From an uncultured Spirochaetales bacterium (GTDB lineage: Bacteria; Myxococcota_A; UBA9160; UBA6930): DNA of 64,000 nt. Numbering within the stretch: the first letter of the stretch is position 1; every line of letters begins with the position of its first letter. The translations under genes were made by a program, and so were the position numbers. Under the pieces are notes generated by a model, which worked only from the letters and a program-made list of their open reading frames with translations, did no database searches and was not told the origin of the DNA. Positions 1 through 10,704 of the stretch are shown piece after piece. The stretch lies in NCBI GenBank assembly GCA_964501435.1, contig CAZCTH010000001.1, positions 2,656 through 66,655 on the forward strand, read 5' to 3'.

Positions 1-39
1 AGGCTGTCAATCGGTGGAGGCGGTCGAGTGATCGGGGAA

Positions 40-55
40 TGGCACAGGCTGTTCC
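40..55 (+). promoter_or_regulatory. weak candidate sigma-54 (-24/-12) promoter upstream of the MMPL operon
   Basis: TGGCAC at 40-45 matches the -24 element exactly. The -12 position reads GTTCC (51-55) rather than TTGC. Noted only because the downstream operon encodes a sigma-54-dependent activator. Confidence 0.2.
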
Positions 56-265
56 TCGGCTCCGCGCGCGCCCGGGCGTCAGCGAGTGCGGCAGCTCGAA
101 GCCTTGAGCGCGCGCGGGTTTGCCTCCTGCCGCTGCCGGTTCGCGCCCGCGATTGGTCGCATTTGGTTGCGGCAAAGTGGCGGGATTACAGCGCTTTTCG
201 GTTGGAGGGCGCACCCCCGCTGGTAGGATGGGCGAGGTCGCCTAACAACGACACTCGGTCCCCCG

Positions 266-2587
266 ATGGCGCGCCCCCGCCTTGACATCGCAACAGCCCT
301 GACCGCCGCGAGCACGCGCCGCCCGCGCCTGACGCTCGCGTTGTGGCTCGCCGCCGTGCTGCTCCTCGCGTCGCAGGCAGCGCGACTCCAGAGCGAGGTG
401 GGGTACGCCGCGTACTTCGGTCCGAACGATCCGGCCGTGAAGCGGCTCGAGTCGTTCCTCTCGGAGTTCGACAGCGGGCTCCACGTCCTGATCGCGTTCG
501 GTTGCCCGGGCAGCTCGGCGTGTAGGAGCTTTCGCGAAGAGCCAGCTCTTGCGCTGCTCGGGCGCATGCAGACGGAAGTGGACGCGCTCCCCGACGTGCT
601 TCGCACCCGCAGTGTGCTGAACACGCCGATCGTCGTCGGGCCGCTGGAGACACGGACGGTCGCGGAGCGGTCGACAGGCGACTACCGGCTAGCGCCCGAC
701 TGGCGCGACCTCATCGAGCGCTCCGCCGGAGAACCATTCCTCGCGGACCTCGTGATCTCGAAGGACGAGGAAACGGCTGGAGTTGTCGTCGAGCTGCAAT
801 CGCTCGACAGCGACAAAGTTCGCGACTTCGTGCACGCGCTCCTCGCGTTGGTGCCACGATTCGAGAAGGAACTCGGAGCGGAGATCTTCGTCGCCGGCGA
901 TCCCGTCTGGACCGTCCTCGCCGATGACGATCTCGATGCCGACGCGCGAAACCTAACAGTCCTGATGTTCGCCGTGATCGGCGGCTTGCTTTGGTTCTTC
1001 TTCCGTTCATTCCGATTGGTCGCGCTGCCTCTGATTGCCGCCGGTGCACTCGCGATCTCAGTGCATGGCGTGATCGCGTTACTCGGCTTCCCGATGACCG
1101 CAATTCTCGCTGCGCTGCCACCGCTCCTCGTCGTGATCGCGGTCATCTCGTCGATTCACCTGATGACGGCATTCCTTCGCAGCGAAGAACCTCGATCCGT
1201 CGCTGCACTCGCCGCGGCGACTCGTGAAGTCGGAGCGCCCTGTCAGTGGGCAGTTCTCACGACAGCGGCGGGGTTCGGTTCGTTCGTGACGAGTGATTTG
1301 TCGAGTTTCGAACAGTTCGGGCTGGTTTCAGCTCTCGGCCTCGTCCTCGGATTCATCACGACGTTCTCGCTCCTGCCTGCGTTGCTCTGCTTGGGGCGAG
1401 AGGCACCGCGGACAGAACTTCGAGTGCCATCGCTGCGACTGCTCCTCGACAGCATGCTGCGCGCGGCCACGGCTCGGCCCGGCTTTGTGCTCATCACGGG
1501 CGTGGTCCTCGCCGTGGGGCTCGCGGTGGGCATTCCGCGCCTCTACTACGAGGTCGATTTCGGCGACCAATCGCTCGTCCTGCGCTCGGTCCGCTTCATG
1601 GAGGCGAGCTTCCGGCGACCCATGACGACAGAGCTCGTCGTCACGATCCCGGAAGGCCGTCGAATCTACGACGGCGAGAGCCTCCGCCTCCTGGCTCGGC
1701 TCGAGGAGCACTTCAAGGCAGAACCCAGCACTGGTACGACGTGGAGCTTCCTCGATTTCCTCGAGCAGGCGCATCGCGTGAATCACGGATCGCGCCCAGG
1801 ATCGCTTGACGAGTTGGTCGACTCGGCCTCAGGCGACGTCGCGATCGTCGCGTCGTTCGACGGGCTGGCCTCCTTCTGGAGTGAAACCACGGAGGAGGCC
1901 GAGGGCGGAGTTCTCAGGTATCGCGATCGCGCACGCATCTCCGTGCACCGAAGCTGGCTCGGTGGCGATGAGCAGCTCCCGTACGTGGATCGGCTGCAGA
2001 GCTACCTCGCCGGCCTGAATCGCGAGCTCCGGCCAACGGGTTATCAGGTCGAGCTGAACGGCGGTCTCGAACTCGCGGCACTCGCAGAGCGCCGCATCCG
2101 AGAAACGCAGTGGGGAAGCTTCGGGCTGTCCTTCGTCGTCGTGGCAGGCACGCTCGCAGCCCTCCTCGCGCGTAGTCCTGTGATCGCAGCCCTCGCGATT
2201 GCGGCGAATCTCCTGCCTGTCCTCGGCTTGCTGGGCCTGATGGGATGGGTCGGAATCGCGGTCGATCCCGCGAACTCCATGGTGGCCGCCATCCTGCTGG
2301 CGATCGCAGACGACGACACGATCCACATGACGCTCCGTTACCAGCGCGAGCGGAGGACTGGAGCCCCCCCCGACGAGGCATTGCGCACAGCCTTCGCGAC
2401 GTCGGGCGAGGCCATCGCGATCACGACCATCTGCCTCGCCTGCGGCTTTGCGGTCCTGATGTTTTCGCGGTGGGGCGGCCTTGTCTCGTTCGGCCTGCTC
2501 GCGAGCCTCGGGATGCTGCTTGCATTGCTCGCGGACCTAATTCTCTTCCCGGCGGCCGTCATGCTTCTCGGGAAGAGGGGGACGTAG
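266..2587 (+). CDS. MMPL/RND-superfamily membrane exporter
   Basis: 773-aa ORF with two clusters of about 6 hydrophobic helices, each preceded by a large soluble loop, which is the MMPL/SSD-type layout. The stop lies 1 nt before the next start. Confidence 0.8.
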   Translation: MARPRLDIATALTAASTRRPRLTLALWLAAVLLLASQAARLQSEVGYAAYFGPNDPAVKRLESFLSEFDSGLHVLIAFGCPGSSACRSFREEPALALLGRMQTEVDALPDVLRTRSVLNTPIVVGPLETRTVAERSTGDYRLAPDWRDLIERSAGEPFLADLVISKDEETAGVVVELQSLDSDKVRDFVHALLALVPRFEKELGAEIFVAGDPVWTVLADDDLDADARNLTVLMFAVIGGLLWFFFRSFRLVALPLIAAGALAISVHGVIALLGFPMTAILAALPPLLVVIAVISSIHLMTAFLRSEEPRSVAALAAATREVGAPCQWAVLTTAAGFGSFVTSDLSSFEQFGLVSALGLVLGFITTFSLLPALLCLGREAPRTELRVPSLRLLLDSMLRAATARPGFVLITGVVLAVGLAVGIPRLYYEVDFGDQSLVLRSVRFMEASFRRPMTTELVVTIPEGRRIYDGESLRLLARLEEHFKAEPSTGTTWSFLDFLEQAHRVNHGSRPGSLDELVDSASGDVAIVASFDGLASFWSETTEEAEGGVLRYRDRARISVHRSWLGGDEQLPYVDRLQSYLAGLNRELRPTGYQVELNGGLELAALAERRIRETQWGSFGLSFVVVAGTLAALLARSPVIAALAIAANLLPVLGLLGLMGWVGIAVDPANSMVAAILLAIADDDTIHMTLRYQRERRTGAPPDEALRTAFATSGEAIAITTICLACGFAVLMFSRWGGLVSFGLLASLGMLLALLADLILFPAAVMLLGKRGT

Positions 2588-2588
2588 C

Positions 2589-5312
2589 GTGTTGCCCGAA
2601 GCCCTTCGGAGTCGAGGCGTCCTGGTCGCGCTGATCCTAGGCGTAACCGTCATCGCCTTGGCACCGCATCCGTCATCGCTTTTGGCCGAACGGCGCACTG
2701 TCGGCATCCCGTTCGATACCTCGCTTCGACTTCCGTTTGGCGCGTCGTTCTTAGGGACCGCGGCGACGCGCCTTCGTCCCGGCGATCGACTCAGAGCCGT
2801 GCAAATGCCGGGCGGCGGATTCCGGCTGCCGCGCTCGCGGGCCGAACTCGACTCGCTCGTCGACGCGGTGCCGCCGGGCTCGGCACTTCAGTTGCACGTC
2901 GTGAGGGGACGTGCCGAGATCGAAGTCGCAGCCACGGTCAAGACGGTCTCACCACTGCGTACGCTTGCAGCGCAGTGGCCGCTCATCCTCGCGGCGATTC
3001 TGTTCCTGCTCTTCGGATGCGTGGTCGCTGCCGGCAGTGCCCATCCGGTGGCGCTGCCGATCCTCTCTGTCTCTTGGTGCGTGGCCGTCGCGGTTCTCTC
3101 TGATCTCGACCTCGTCTTGCCTTGGGACCGAGGGCTCGTCGGCATCGCGGATCTCCGCCCCCGACTCGGTGCGCTCGGGCTTGCGATGTTGCCCGCATCG
3201 GTCCTTCACCTCGCGATGCGATTCCCGGTCGTCGCGCCAAGCTTCAGATCGAGTTCGGCGGCCGTGATGCCGTACGTCGTCTTCACGGTCCCCGCCGCAT
3301 TCGGACAGGCTCGCCTCGACGACGCTGGGCTCGCCAACGGGCTCGAGCGCATCCTCATCGGCCTGTCTCTCGTGTGCGCGGCGGTCCTGGTCGCCGCGAG
3401 CGTGACGCGCGCCGCGCAAATGACGCCCATCGAGCGAGCGCGCACCCGCGCCTTGGCTGTCGGCGTAGTGCTCGGCCTGGCGTTGCCCGTGGTCTTCTTC
3501 GCGACGGGCGGTCGGCCAGAAGCATGGAGCGGAGCGCCCGTCGCGCTCTCGCTTCTCGCGATTCCCGGCTGCGTTTCGTGGGCGATTGTTCGCTACCGGC
3601 TGCTTGACCCGACCGCGTGGCTGCGCCGTACCGTAGTGGGTTCGATCCAAGCCGTTGCATCGCTCCTCGCGGCCACCTTCGCAGTGAGCGGTCTGACGCG
3701 CGGGCCACTCGCGCCTGCAGAAGCGGAGGCGGTGGGCGCCGTGGGGCTGCTGACCGTTGCGATCTATGAGGGCACGCGACTCGTGCTTCGGCGAACCAGT
3801 TCCGTCCGGCGTGAGTCGATTCGAGCTCGCCAGGTACTCGAAGAAGCGACGAAGCGGCTCGCTAGTACACGCGATCGGCGTGCCGTCTTGGCGGGAGTCG
3901 TCGAGGTCCTACGCGAGACCATTCGCCCAGCCGCGATCGCCCTAGTGCAGGCAGACGCCGCGGGAGCCGCGAGCGACCTCGCGATCGACGGCATCTCGCT
4001 GTGGCGATCCCTTGACTCTCCCACTCATCGCGTAGTCGTGCGCCGATCGCGCGCGGAGGATCCGTCGCCAACGAGGGCGGAGCTCGTCGCTCCGATCGCT
4101 CCCGCGTCAGCTGGCATTCACCTGCTCGTTTTGAGCGCTCGGGAGGACGGATTGCCCTTCGGCGCGGAAGACGAAGCGGCTCTGCTCGGCGTCGTCCACA
4201 TTGCCGCAACAGCTCTTGACGCGAGCGCGACAACCGAGGAACTCGAGCGACGCGTCGCAGAAAAGACGGCGAGCCTCGGGCGCGCCGTCGCCGACCGCGA
4301 TCGAATGCTCGAAACCGCAGGCAAGGTCGCGTGCGCGAATCAGGCGGCTGACGTGCTCGACGCGCTGATTGCATTCGTCGGCGGGTCGGCGGTCCACGCG
4401 CATTGGGCCAGCACTGGCGCGACGAGGCATGCGCTCGGCACAGTCGAACTGCCGTCTGGAAGTGCTCTAAGACTGGCGGCTCCAGCGCTATTGCCGGAGC
4501 GCACGAAGGAGCTCGCGCCGCAGGTGCAGACGCTTTGTGCGTTCGCCCACCTCGCCATCGCGCGCCTCGAGCTTCTGATCGAGCTCAAGCGCGAGGTCGA
4601 ACGTCAGGCGGTCGAGATCGCCGAGATTCGCTCGAAGCGGAAGCACGCAGAGTTCGTGCGCGGCGTCGCGCACGAGCTTCGCAAGCCAACCGAGGAAGTG
4701 CGTCGACTCCTGGACGAACTGCCGCCGACTGATGAGGGCGAGCCCGTTAGGGAGAAGCTCAGTCGGCTCAAATCCCTGTCGCATGAGCTTGGGCGTCGTC
4801 TCGATCTCCTGCTCTTCCACTCGGGTGTTCGCTTGAAGCGGACCCGAGTCGATCTCGTCTCCCTAATCTCCGAGGCACTGACCTCCGTGCGAGGGCTGCG
4901 GCCTGATAGAACGTTCAACCTCGCATCGGCTCTCCCGCGACTTCCGGTCGTCGCCGACCCGAGCCGCCTCCTGTCCGTGATCGAGAACCTGCTCGACAAT
5001 GCGGCGAAGGCAACGAGGGCAGGCCAGTCGATCACTGTGCGGACGGGTCTCGAGCACCGCGGACCGGAAGGCGTGTGGGTGCGGTTTGAGGTCGAAGACG
5101 AGGGAATCGGAATCTCCCCTGAGCACTTGGATCGTGTCTACGAACCGGGCGTCACCTTTGCTCCGGACGGCGTCGGGCTCGGCCTCTCGCTGTGTCGCGA
5201 GATCGTGCGGCTCCACGGCGGCAGCATCGCTGCGGAATCGCAGCCAGGTCGCACAGTGTTTCGCGTCACGCTCCCGCAGCTACCGACAAATGAGGAAGAA
5301 GCCGGCCCATGA
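2589..5312 (+). CDS. membrane-bound sensor histidine kinase
   Basis: 907 aa. N-terminal TM segment and a PDZ-like stretch are followed by multiple hydrophobic helices. H-box FVRGVAHELRKPTEEV, N-box LLDNAAKAT, G-boxes EDEGIGI and GLGLSLCREIVRLHGG. Confidence 0.9.
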   Translation: MLPEALRSRGVLVALILGVTVIALAPHPSSLLAERRTVGIPFDTSLRLPFGASFLGTAATRLRPGDRLRAVQMPGGGFRLPRSRAELDSLVDAVPPGSALQLHVVRGRAEIEVAATVKTVSPLRTLAAQWPLILAAILFLLFGCVVAAGSAHPVALPILSVSWCVAVAVLSDLDLVLPWDRGLVGIADLRPRLGALGLAMLPASVLHLAMRFPVVAPSFRSSSAAVMPYVVFTVPAAFGQARLDDAGLANGLERILIGLSLVCAAVLVAASVTRAAQMTPIERARTRALAVGVVLGLALPVVFFATGGRPEAWSGAPVALSLLAIPGCVSWAIVRYRLLDPTAWLRRTVVGSIQAVASLLAATFAVSGLTRGPLAPAEAEAVGAVGLLTVAIYEGTRLVLRRTSSVRRESIRARQVLEEATKRLASTRDRRAVLAGVVEVLRETIRPAAIALVQADAAGAASDLAIDGISLWRSLDSPTHRVVVRRSRAEDPSPTRAELVAPIAPASAGIHLLVLSAREDGLPFGAEDEAALLGVVHIAATALDASATTEELERRVAEKTASLGRAVADRDRMLETAGKVACANQAADVLDALIAFVGGSAVHAHWASTGATRHALGTVELPSGSALRLAAPALLPERTKELAPQVQTLCAFAHLAIARLELLIELKREVERQAVEIAEIRSKRKHAEFVRGVAHELRKPTEEVRRLLDELPPTDEGEPVREKLSRLKSLSHELGRRLDLLLFHSGVRLKRTRVDLVSLISEALTSVRGLRPDRTFNLASALPRLPVVADPSRLLSVIENLLDNAAKATRAGQSITVRTGLEHRGPEGVWVRFEVEDEGIGISPEHLDRVYEPGVTFAPDGVGLGLSLCREIVRLHGGSIAAESQPGRTVFRVTLPQLPTNEEEAGP

Positions 5313-6628
5313 GCGCATCCATCTTGTTGGTCGAGGACCATCCCGCCACGCGAGAGCATCTGGCAGCGGAACTCGCCGTTGCTGGCTACGAGGTCGTCGC
5401 CGCCGAGAACGGTCGTGCGGCGCTGGACGCACTCGAGAAGCGGACGGTCGACCTGATTCTCAGCGACTACCGCATGTCGCCCGTGGATGGCCTTTCGCTC
5501 CTCAAATCGGTTCGCCGGACAATGCAGACTCCGTTCGTCCTGTACAGCAGCGGTGCCGATGCGGATGCCGTGTTCCGAGCCGGTCGCGACGGCGCAATCC
5601 ATTTTCTTACTTTCCCGTTTCGCGTCGCAGACCAACTCCTGCCAACGCTCCGAGCGTGCCTCGAACGCGCCTCGCAGCCCACTCGCAAGCGCCACGGAGC
5701 AGAGCGCTTGATCGGTTCGTCCCACGCGATGCGGAACGTTCGCAGTGGGATTCGGAGAGTCGCGCGCTCCGACGTCTCGGCGTTAATCCAAGGCGAGACG
5801 GGAACGGGCAAAGAGCTCGCAGCCTTGGCGATTCACGAGGAGAGCGGTCGCGGAGAGTTCGTCGCGGTCGCCGTGCCAGAGCTCTCCGAAGGCGTCCTCG
5901 AGAGCGAACTATTTGGCCACGCTCGTGGGGCATTCACGGGGGCTGTAGGCGCTCGCAAGGGGCTCTTCGAGCGCGCCAGTGGCGGAACTCTCTTCCTGGA
6001 TGAGATCGGCGACACGCCTCTCGCCGCGCAGATCAAGCTGCTGCGCGTGCTCGAAAGCCGGGAGGTGCGGCCTGTAGGCGGAGGTGCCGCTCGCGCCGTT
6101 GATGTTCGCGTGGTCGCTGCCACGCATCGCGATCTCGGCGCGATGGTGAAGGCTGGGAAGTTCCGCGAGGACCTCTACTACCGCGTTCGCGCTGCCACCA
6201 TCCACCTGCCCCCGCTGCGCTCGCGCGCGGGCGACATCCCCGAGCTGGCGAGGGCGCTTCTTGACGACGCCGCTCGTCGGGCCGGCGACGCTCCACCGGA
6301 AACGGAGCCTGCGCTCTGGGCCGCGCTCGAAAACGCCGCATGGCGCGGGAACGTGCGCGAGCTGCGCGCGATTCTCGAGAACGCGCTCCTCTGGCGCGAA
6401 GGTCTCGAACCTCTGGGGCGACCCCATGTCCTCGAAGCTCTTGTCGCTTTGAATCCTGCGTTCGGCCCGGAGGAGCAACTACTCTCGCAGCGGATGCTGG
6501 ACGCACTCCGCCGCAATGGATTGAACCAAGAGGCCGCGCGGCGCGAGCTCGACCTGACTCGAGGCGAGTGGCGAACGCGGCTCGCCAGGCTCGGCCTCGA
6601 CGTCGTCAAGCGGCGACGAAAGAAATGA
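5309..6628 (+). CDS. sigma-54-dependent (NtrC-family) response regulator
   Basis: Receiver domain ([17 protein letters not shown]). AAA+ domain with [14 protein letters not shown] and FLDEIG motifs. C-terminal Fis-type HTH. ATGA overlap with the kinase stop. Confidence 0.92.
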   Translation: MSASILLVEDHPATREHLAAELAVAGYEVVAAENGRAALDALEKRTVDLILSDYRMSPVDGLSLLKSVRRTMQTPFVLYSSGADADAVFRAGRDGAIHFLTFPFRVADQLLPTLRACLERASQPTRKRHGAERLIGSSHAMRNVRSGIRRVARSDVSALIQGETGTGKELAALAIHEESGRGEFVAVAVPELSEGVLESELFGHARGAFTGAVGARKGLFERASGGTLFLDEIGDTPLAAQIKLLRVLESREVRPVGGGAARAVDVRVVAATHRDLGAMVKAGKFREDLYYRVRAATIHLPPLRSRAGDIPELARALLDDAARRAGDAPPETEPALWAALENAAWRGNVRELRAILENALLWREGLEPLGRPHVLEALVALNPAFGPEEQLLSQRMLDALRRNGLNQEAARRELDLTRGEWRTRLARLGLDVVKRRRKK

Positions 6629-7467
6629 GACGCGGCGCCGCTATCGCGGCGGCATTGCTGTTTGCGCTCGCCACACAGCCTGCGAGCGGGGGCGACAACA
6701 AGTCGTCGTCCGAGACTCCCGTCGAGATTCTTCAGTCCGCCTTCGATCGGCTCTTCAACTACACATCTGCTCGCCGCGTCACGATGCGAATCCACCGAGA
6801 CGGCCGGCGCGTGATCATTCGCGGCTTCGACATGGTCTACAAGGATGTGGATGGGGAAGGGCGGACGTTCCTGCGTTTTCGGGAGCCTGAGTACCTGCGC
6901 GAGACGGCCCTCCTGATCCTCGAAGTTCAGGGTCGCAGCGACGACGTATGGATCTACCTGCCTGAGCTTCGGAAGCCGCGACGCATCAGCACAAGCGAGA
7001 AGGCCGATTCATTCTACGGTTCCGATCTCACGTACGAAGATCTCGAGCACCACGAATGGAGCCGCTATCAGGTCTCTGCCCGGCCGGACGCGCGAGTCTT
7101 TGAACGTGACTGCTTCGTCCTCGAGGCGATCGCCCCGCCGACCTCGCAGTATTCGCGTGTGGTCGCATACGTCGAAAAGGAGCGCGTCGCGTTGCTTCGC
7201 GTCGACTTCTTCAAGGGCAAGTCTCCGTCGCCGGTAAAGATGCTCGAACTCAATCCAAACGAACTGAGGGTCGAAGGCGAAGTGCTCGTTCCGGCGCGGA
7301 TGTCGATGCGTCTCGTCGGCCGCGAGGGATCGACCGAGGTGACGTTCGATCGAATTGAAGTCGGCGCGAAGATCTCAGACGACGCGTTCTCGGTGATGCT
7401 TCTCGAGACGCGTGTTGCCCCTTTCGACCTTATCGACTCCGGTGACGACGAGGGGGCCGGCCGATGA
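6625..7467 (+). CDS. LolA-like outer-membrane lipoprotein-sorting family protein (secreted)
   Basis: Start moved to the ATG at 6625 (ATGA overlap with the regulator stop). Signal peptide [22 protein letters not shown]. The beta-rich body resembles the LolA-like proteins that commonly accompany MMPL exporters. The ORF-track start at 6340 lies inside the regulator gene. Confidence 0.65.
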   Translation: MRRGAAIAAALLFALATQPASGGDNKSSSETPVEILQSAFDRLFNYTSARRVTMRIHRDGRRVIIRGFDMVYKDVDGEGRTFLRFREPEYLRETALLILEVQGRSDDVWIYLPELRKPRRISTSEKADSFYGSDLTYEDLEHHEWSRYQVSARPDARVFERDCFVLEAIAPPTSQYSRVVAYVEKERVALLRVDFFKGKSPSPVKMLELNPNELRVEGEVLVPARMSMRLVGREGSTEVTFDRIEVGAKISDDAFSVMLLETRVAPFDLIDSGDDEGAGR

Positions 7468-8552
7468 TCGACCGCTTCCGCCGCCGGCCGCTTTACAGCG
7501 CGGACAACGAGGACACGCGATCCGAGCTTGCCGCGCTCGAGATCGGAGCGGACGACACAGTCGTCGCGATCTGCGCCGGTGGAGGCCGGGCGCTCAGCTT
7601 GCTGTCCGCGGCACCCAAACGGCTCATAGCAATCGACAAGCGTCTCGATCAGGTCTTCCAGCTCGAACTCAAGGCTGCGGCGCTGGAGGCCTTCGACCAC
7701 GACACGCTGCTTGAGTTTCTCGGCGTCGCGGATTCGAGGGACCGCTTGGATCACTACGGGCAGATCCGGTCTGCTTTGTCTCCGAGCGCAAGGAGCTACT
7801 GGGACCGTCGCGCTCGTTTGATCCAGGCAGGTGCCTACTACGCCGGTCGCTCCGATCAGATGCTGATCCGCCTCCTTCGCATCATGAAGTCGCTCCGCCT
7901 CCTCGATTGGGCAGAACCGTTCTTCTGTTGCGACACGGTCGAGGCGCAGCGAGTCCTGCTCGAAATCCATCGCCCGCAGATTGACCGTGGGCTCAGCTGG
8001 GTTCGTGTCTTCGTGAACTCGGCGTCGATCTATGCCACCACGCAGGACCCTGGTTTCCTGCGAACGACGGGACGGTCGGTCGCCGAGACGATCGCGAGTC
8101 GCCTTGTTCAATTCGCCGAGGACAACCTCGTCAGAGACAGCTTCTTGCTCACGATGCTCGTTCGTGGGCGGCTCACCCCATGGGATCCACTCCCGTCGTG
8201 GTTGGGTCGGGAGGGCGCCGCGAGGGCCCGAAAGAATCTCGATCGGTTGGAAATCGCACATGGCGAGTTGGCGGACTTCGTTGGTCGGCGTCGAGCGCCC
8301 GAGCGGCTCAAGTGGTCTGTGTCTGACGTTGGCTGCTGGATGAGCGAGGTTGCATACCAGCAGCTCATCCGTGCGCTTTGCCTTGCGAGCAGCGCGGGTT
8401 CCCGGATATGCGCGCGAGAGTTCGCAGCCCAGAGGTCCCTACCCGCGGAGATTCGTGACCAACCCCTCGAGCTGCGCGACCTTGCAGCCGCATTGAGTCG
8501 TCAGGACTCGACCGCGTTGTTTCCCCTCGAGATAGTTGAGGTCGCGGAATAG
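7464..8552 (+). CDS. DUF3419 / BtaA-like (SAM:diacylglycerol aminocarboxypropyl-transferase family) protein
   Basis: N-terminus YSADNEDTRSELAALEIGADDTVVAICAGGGRALSLL..IAIDKRLDQVFQLELK and C-terminal SVSDVGCWMSE fit my recollection of the DUF3419 pattern. ATGA overlap with the upstream gene. No btaB-like methylase is nearby. Confidence 0.6.
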   Translation: MIDRFRRRPLYSADNEDTRSELAALEIGADDTVVAICAGGGRALSLLSAAPKRLIAIDKRLDQVFQLELKAAALEAFDHDTLLEFLGVADSRDRLDHYGQIRSALSPSARSYWDRRARLIQAGAYYAGRSDQMLIRLLRIMKSLRLLDWAEPFFCCDTVEAQRVLLEIHRPQIDRGLSWVRVFVNSASIYATTQDPGFLRTTGRSVAETIASRLVQFAEDNLVRDSFLLTMLVRGRLTPWDPLPSWLGREGAARARKNLDRLEIAHGELADFVGRRRAPERLKWSVSDVGCWMSEVAYQQLIRALCLASSAGSRICAREFAAQRSLPAEIRDQPLELRDLAAALSRQDSTALFPLEIVEVAE

Positions 8553-8652
8553 GCCGATACCTCGGGGAGCCGCTGCGGCCGTCCGCGTAGGCGGGCCCGG
8601 CCGCGGAGCGCCCCCGTAGCGTGATGGGCACTCAGAACCTCCCCATCGCAAG

Positions 8653-8678
8653 CGCTCGGCTTGACATAGTGCCGAGCG
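8653..8678 (+). promoter_or_regulatory. 8-bp inverted repeat enclosing a TTGACA hexamer (operator or terminator-like hairpin)
   Basis: CGCTCGGC (8653-8660) pairs with GCCGAGCG (8671-8678). The 10-nt loop TTGACATAGT contains TTGACA at 8661-8666. It lies between the BtaA-like stop and the helicase start. Confidence 0.3.
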
Positions 8679-8706
8679 GCCGCGTCAATCGACTATCGGA
8701 CTCGAG

Positions 8707-10704
8707 ATGAGGGGGCCGCTTATGACTGAATCCGGACGAGAGCCTTGGCTCGACGGGATCGACGGCGATGCATTGCCCCGGCTGATCTCAGGACAAGCGA
8801 GGATCATCCGGGTCGTCGCCGGGCCCGGGTCAGGCAAGACAACGGGGTTGAAGCGCAGAGTGCAACGGCTTATCCAGGGGGAAAACGTTCGACCTGAGCA
8901 GATCTTCGTCGGGACGTTCACACGGGCCATCGCAGGCGAGCTTGCTGAGGCGCTCGGCGTGACCGTCGCCCGCGACGACGATGGCGACGAGCCGAAGGCA
9001 GTTTCGGTCTCGACGCTTCACTCACACGCACTGCGCCTAATCAGGAAACACCCGACTGCCCGACCCGGCCGAGAGATGCGATTCCTTCTCAGCTACGAGA
9101 AGGACGCAATGCTGTACGACATCGGCGAGGCGCTCTCGGATTCGATGGATCAGAATGCTCGGAAGCGCGAGCTGAAGCGGGTGTGCGCGCAGTGGGCGAA
9201 GGGCACGGACCTGGACACGGCAGGGTTCGTCGGAGAGATGGAACGCTGGCTCCGCCACCATCGCGGCATGCTAATCGACGAGGTAGTAAACCTCGCCAGG
9301 ATCGGCCTCGAGTCCGGCGAGATTCCAAGCGGCGAGTTCGATCACGTTGTCATCGATGAATACCAGGACCTAACCGCGGCCGAGCAGCGCCTCGTCGAAT
9401 TGATCTGGTCGAAAGACGGATCGCTGGTCGTCCTCGGAGACGACGACCAATCCATCTACTCGTTCCGCCACAACCACCCGGGCGGTATCAGCGAGTTTCT
9501 CGAGCGCTGGGTCGCTGAGGAGCCGGCGGACCTGAGCATTCCAGAGAACAGGCGATGTGGTCGCGTGATCGTTGAGATTGGCAACGCGATGATGGCAGCA
9601 GCGGGTAGCGCGAAGCCACCAATGATCTCGCGTAGGGGTGAAGAAGGTGAGGTCGCGTTTGTATATTGGCCGCCGCTTGCCCACGAAGTTGGCGGTCTGG
9701 CGAAATACATGCAGGCGCGGAAGGACACTCGCTTCCTCGTACTCGTCCCTCGCCGATTCATCGGATATCTGCTGAAGCGTGCCCTCGGAGCTGACGCGGT
9801 GACCGCGTTTCACGAAGAGGCGCTTGAGGTGCCGGCCGTTCAGGAGCGCTTCGCATTGGCAGCGCTAGTAGCGAATCCTGAAGACCGGATCGCGCTACGA
9901 ACAGTGTTGGGGTTCTGCGCCGGAGGGTCTTTGTGGGCTTCGAAGAGAAACGCTTGCGCCTACAGGAGCCTCCAGGCGGTCCCGCTAGTGGGTAGAGCCC
10001 TACTTGAGGCGATTGCGGCTGGCGATGCGAAGCTCCGAGGCGGGGGATCCAAGCACGTGCAGGATCGGGCGCAGCATGCGAGGGATCTCCTCGCTGGTAT
10101 GCCGGAGGACACAGAAAAGCGAATAGAGATTCTCTTCGACCCTGCGGTCGCGGCGCCCATCGCAGACCCGGAAGTTCGCGACGAGGCTCGGAGGGACCTG
10201 GAGGAGCTGCGCCACTCGGCGCATGAGATCCGCCAGCGGCTGAACCAGCCAACCCTCGCCAAGGTCCTCGAACGTCTCCGGTACCGCATCGCGATGCGGC
10301 TCCCGCTCGCCGAGTCGGAGGAATCCCGGGTGCGGATCATGACACTCCACGGAGCCAAGGGTCTCGAAGCAGACGTGGTTGTCATCGCAGGGGCGGCAGA
10401 CCAAATCATTCCCGGGTTCCCGCCGAACGAACCGGCCGGAGAAGCACGGCACCGGGAAGAGCAGCGGAGACTGCTGTACGTCTCGGTGACGCGCGCGAAG
10501 CGCGAGCTCGTGGTTTCGTGGCCGCTTAGCATCGAGTACAAGGACGCGATCAAGAATCAGGTACGGAGGGATGGCGGTGTTCGGACGCAGGCCCGCAAGA
10601 AGGTTGTGGATCTCGGGGCGAGCCGCCTCGTGCCCGACGCTCAGACGCGGCCGCAAACAGGTGCGAGCTGGCTCAAGAGGAAGCTCGCGCCTACGAGCAG
10701 CTGA
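8707..10704 (+). CDS. UvrD/Rep-family superfamily-1 DNA helicase
   Basis: Motifs AGPGSGKTT (Walker A), VIDEYQDLT (II), GDDDQSIYSFR (III), ENRRCG (IV), TLHGAKGLEADVV (V), LLYVSVTRAKREL (VI). Confidence 0.9.
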   Translation: MRGPLMTESGREPWLDGIDGDALPRLISGQARIIRVVAGPGSGKTTGLKRRVQRLIQGENVRPEQIFVGTFTRAIAGELAEALGVTVARDDDGDEPKAVSVSTLHSHALRLIRKHPTARPGREMRFLLSYEKDAMLYDIGEALSDSMDQNARKRELKRVCAQWAKGTDLDTAGFVGEMERWLRHHRGMLIDEVVNLARIGLESGEIPSGEFDHVVIDEYQDLTAAEQRLVELIWSKDGSLVVLGDDDQSIYSFRHNHPGGISEFLERWVAEEPADLSIPENRRCGRVIVEIGNAMMAAAGSAKPPMISRRGEEGEVAFVYWPPLAHEVGGLAKYMQARKDTRFLVLVPRRFIGYLLKRALGADAVTAFHEEALEVPAVQERFALAALVANPEDRIALRTVLGFCAGGSLWASKRNACAYRSLQAVPLVGRALLEAIAAGDAKLRGGGSKHVQDRAQHARDLLAGMPEDTEKRIEILFDPAVAAPIADPEVRDEARRDLEELRHSAHEIRQRLNQPTLAKVLERLRYRIAMRLPLAESEESRVRIMTLHGAKGLEADVVVIAGAADQIIPGFPPNEPAGEARHREEQRRLLYVSVTRAKRELVVSWPLSIEYKDAIKNQVRRDGGVRTQARKKVVDLGASRLVPDAQTRPQTGASWLKRKLAPTSS

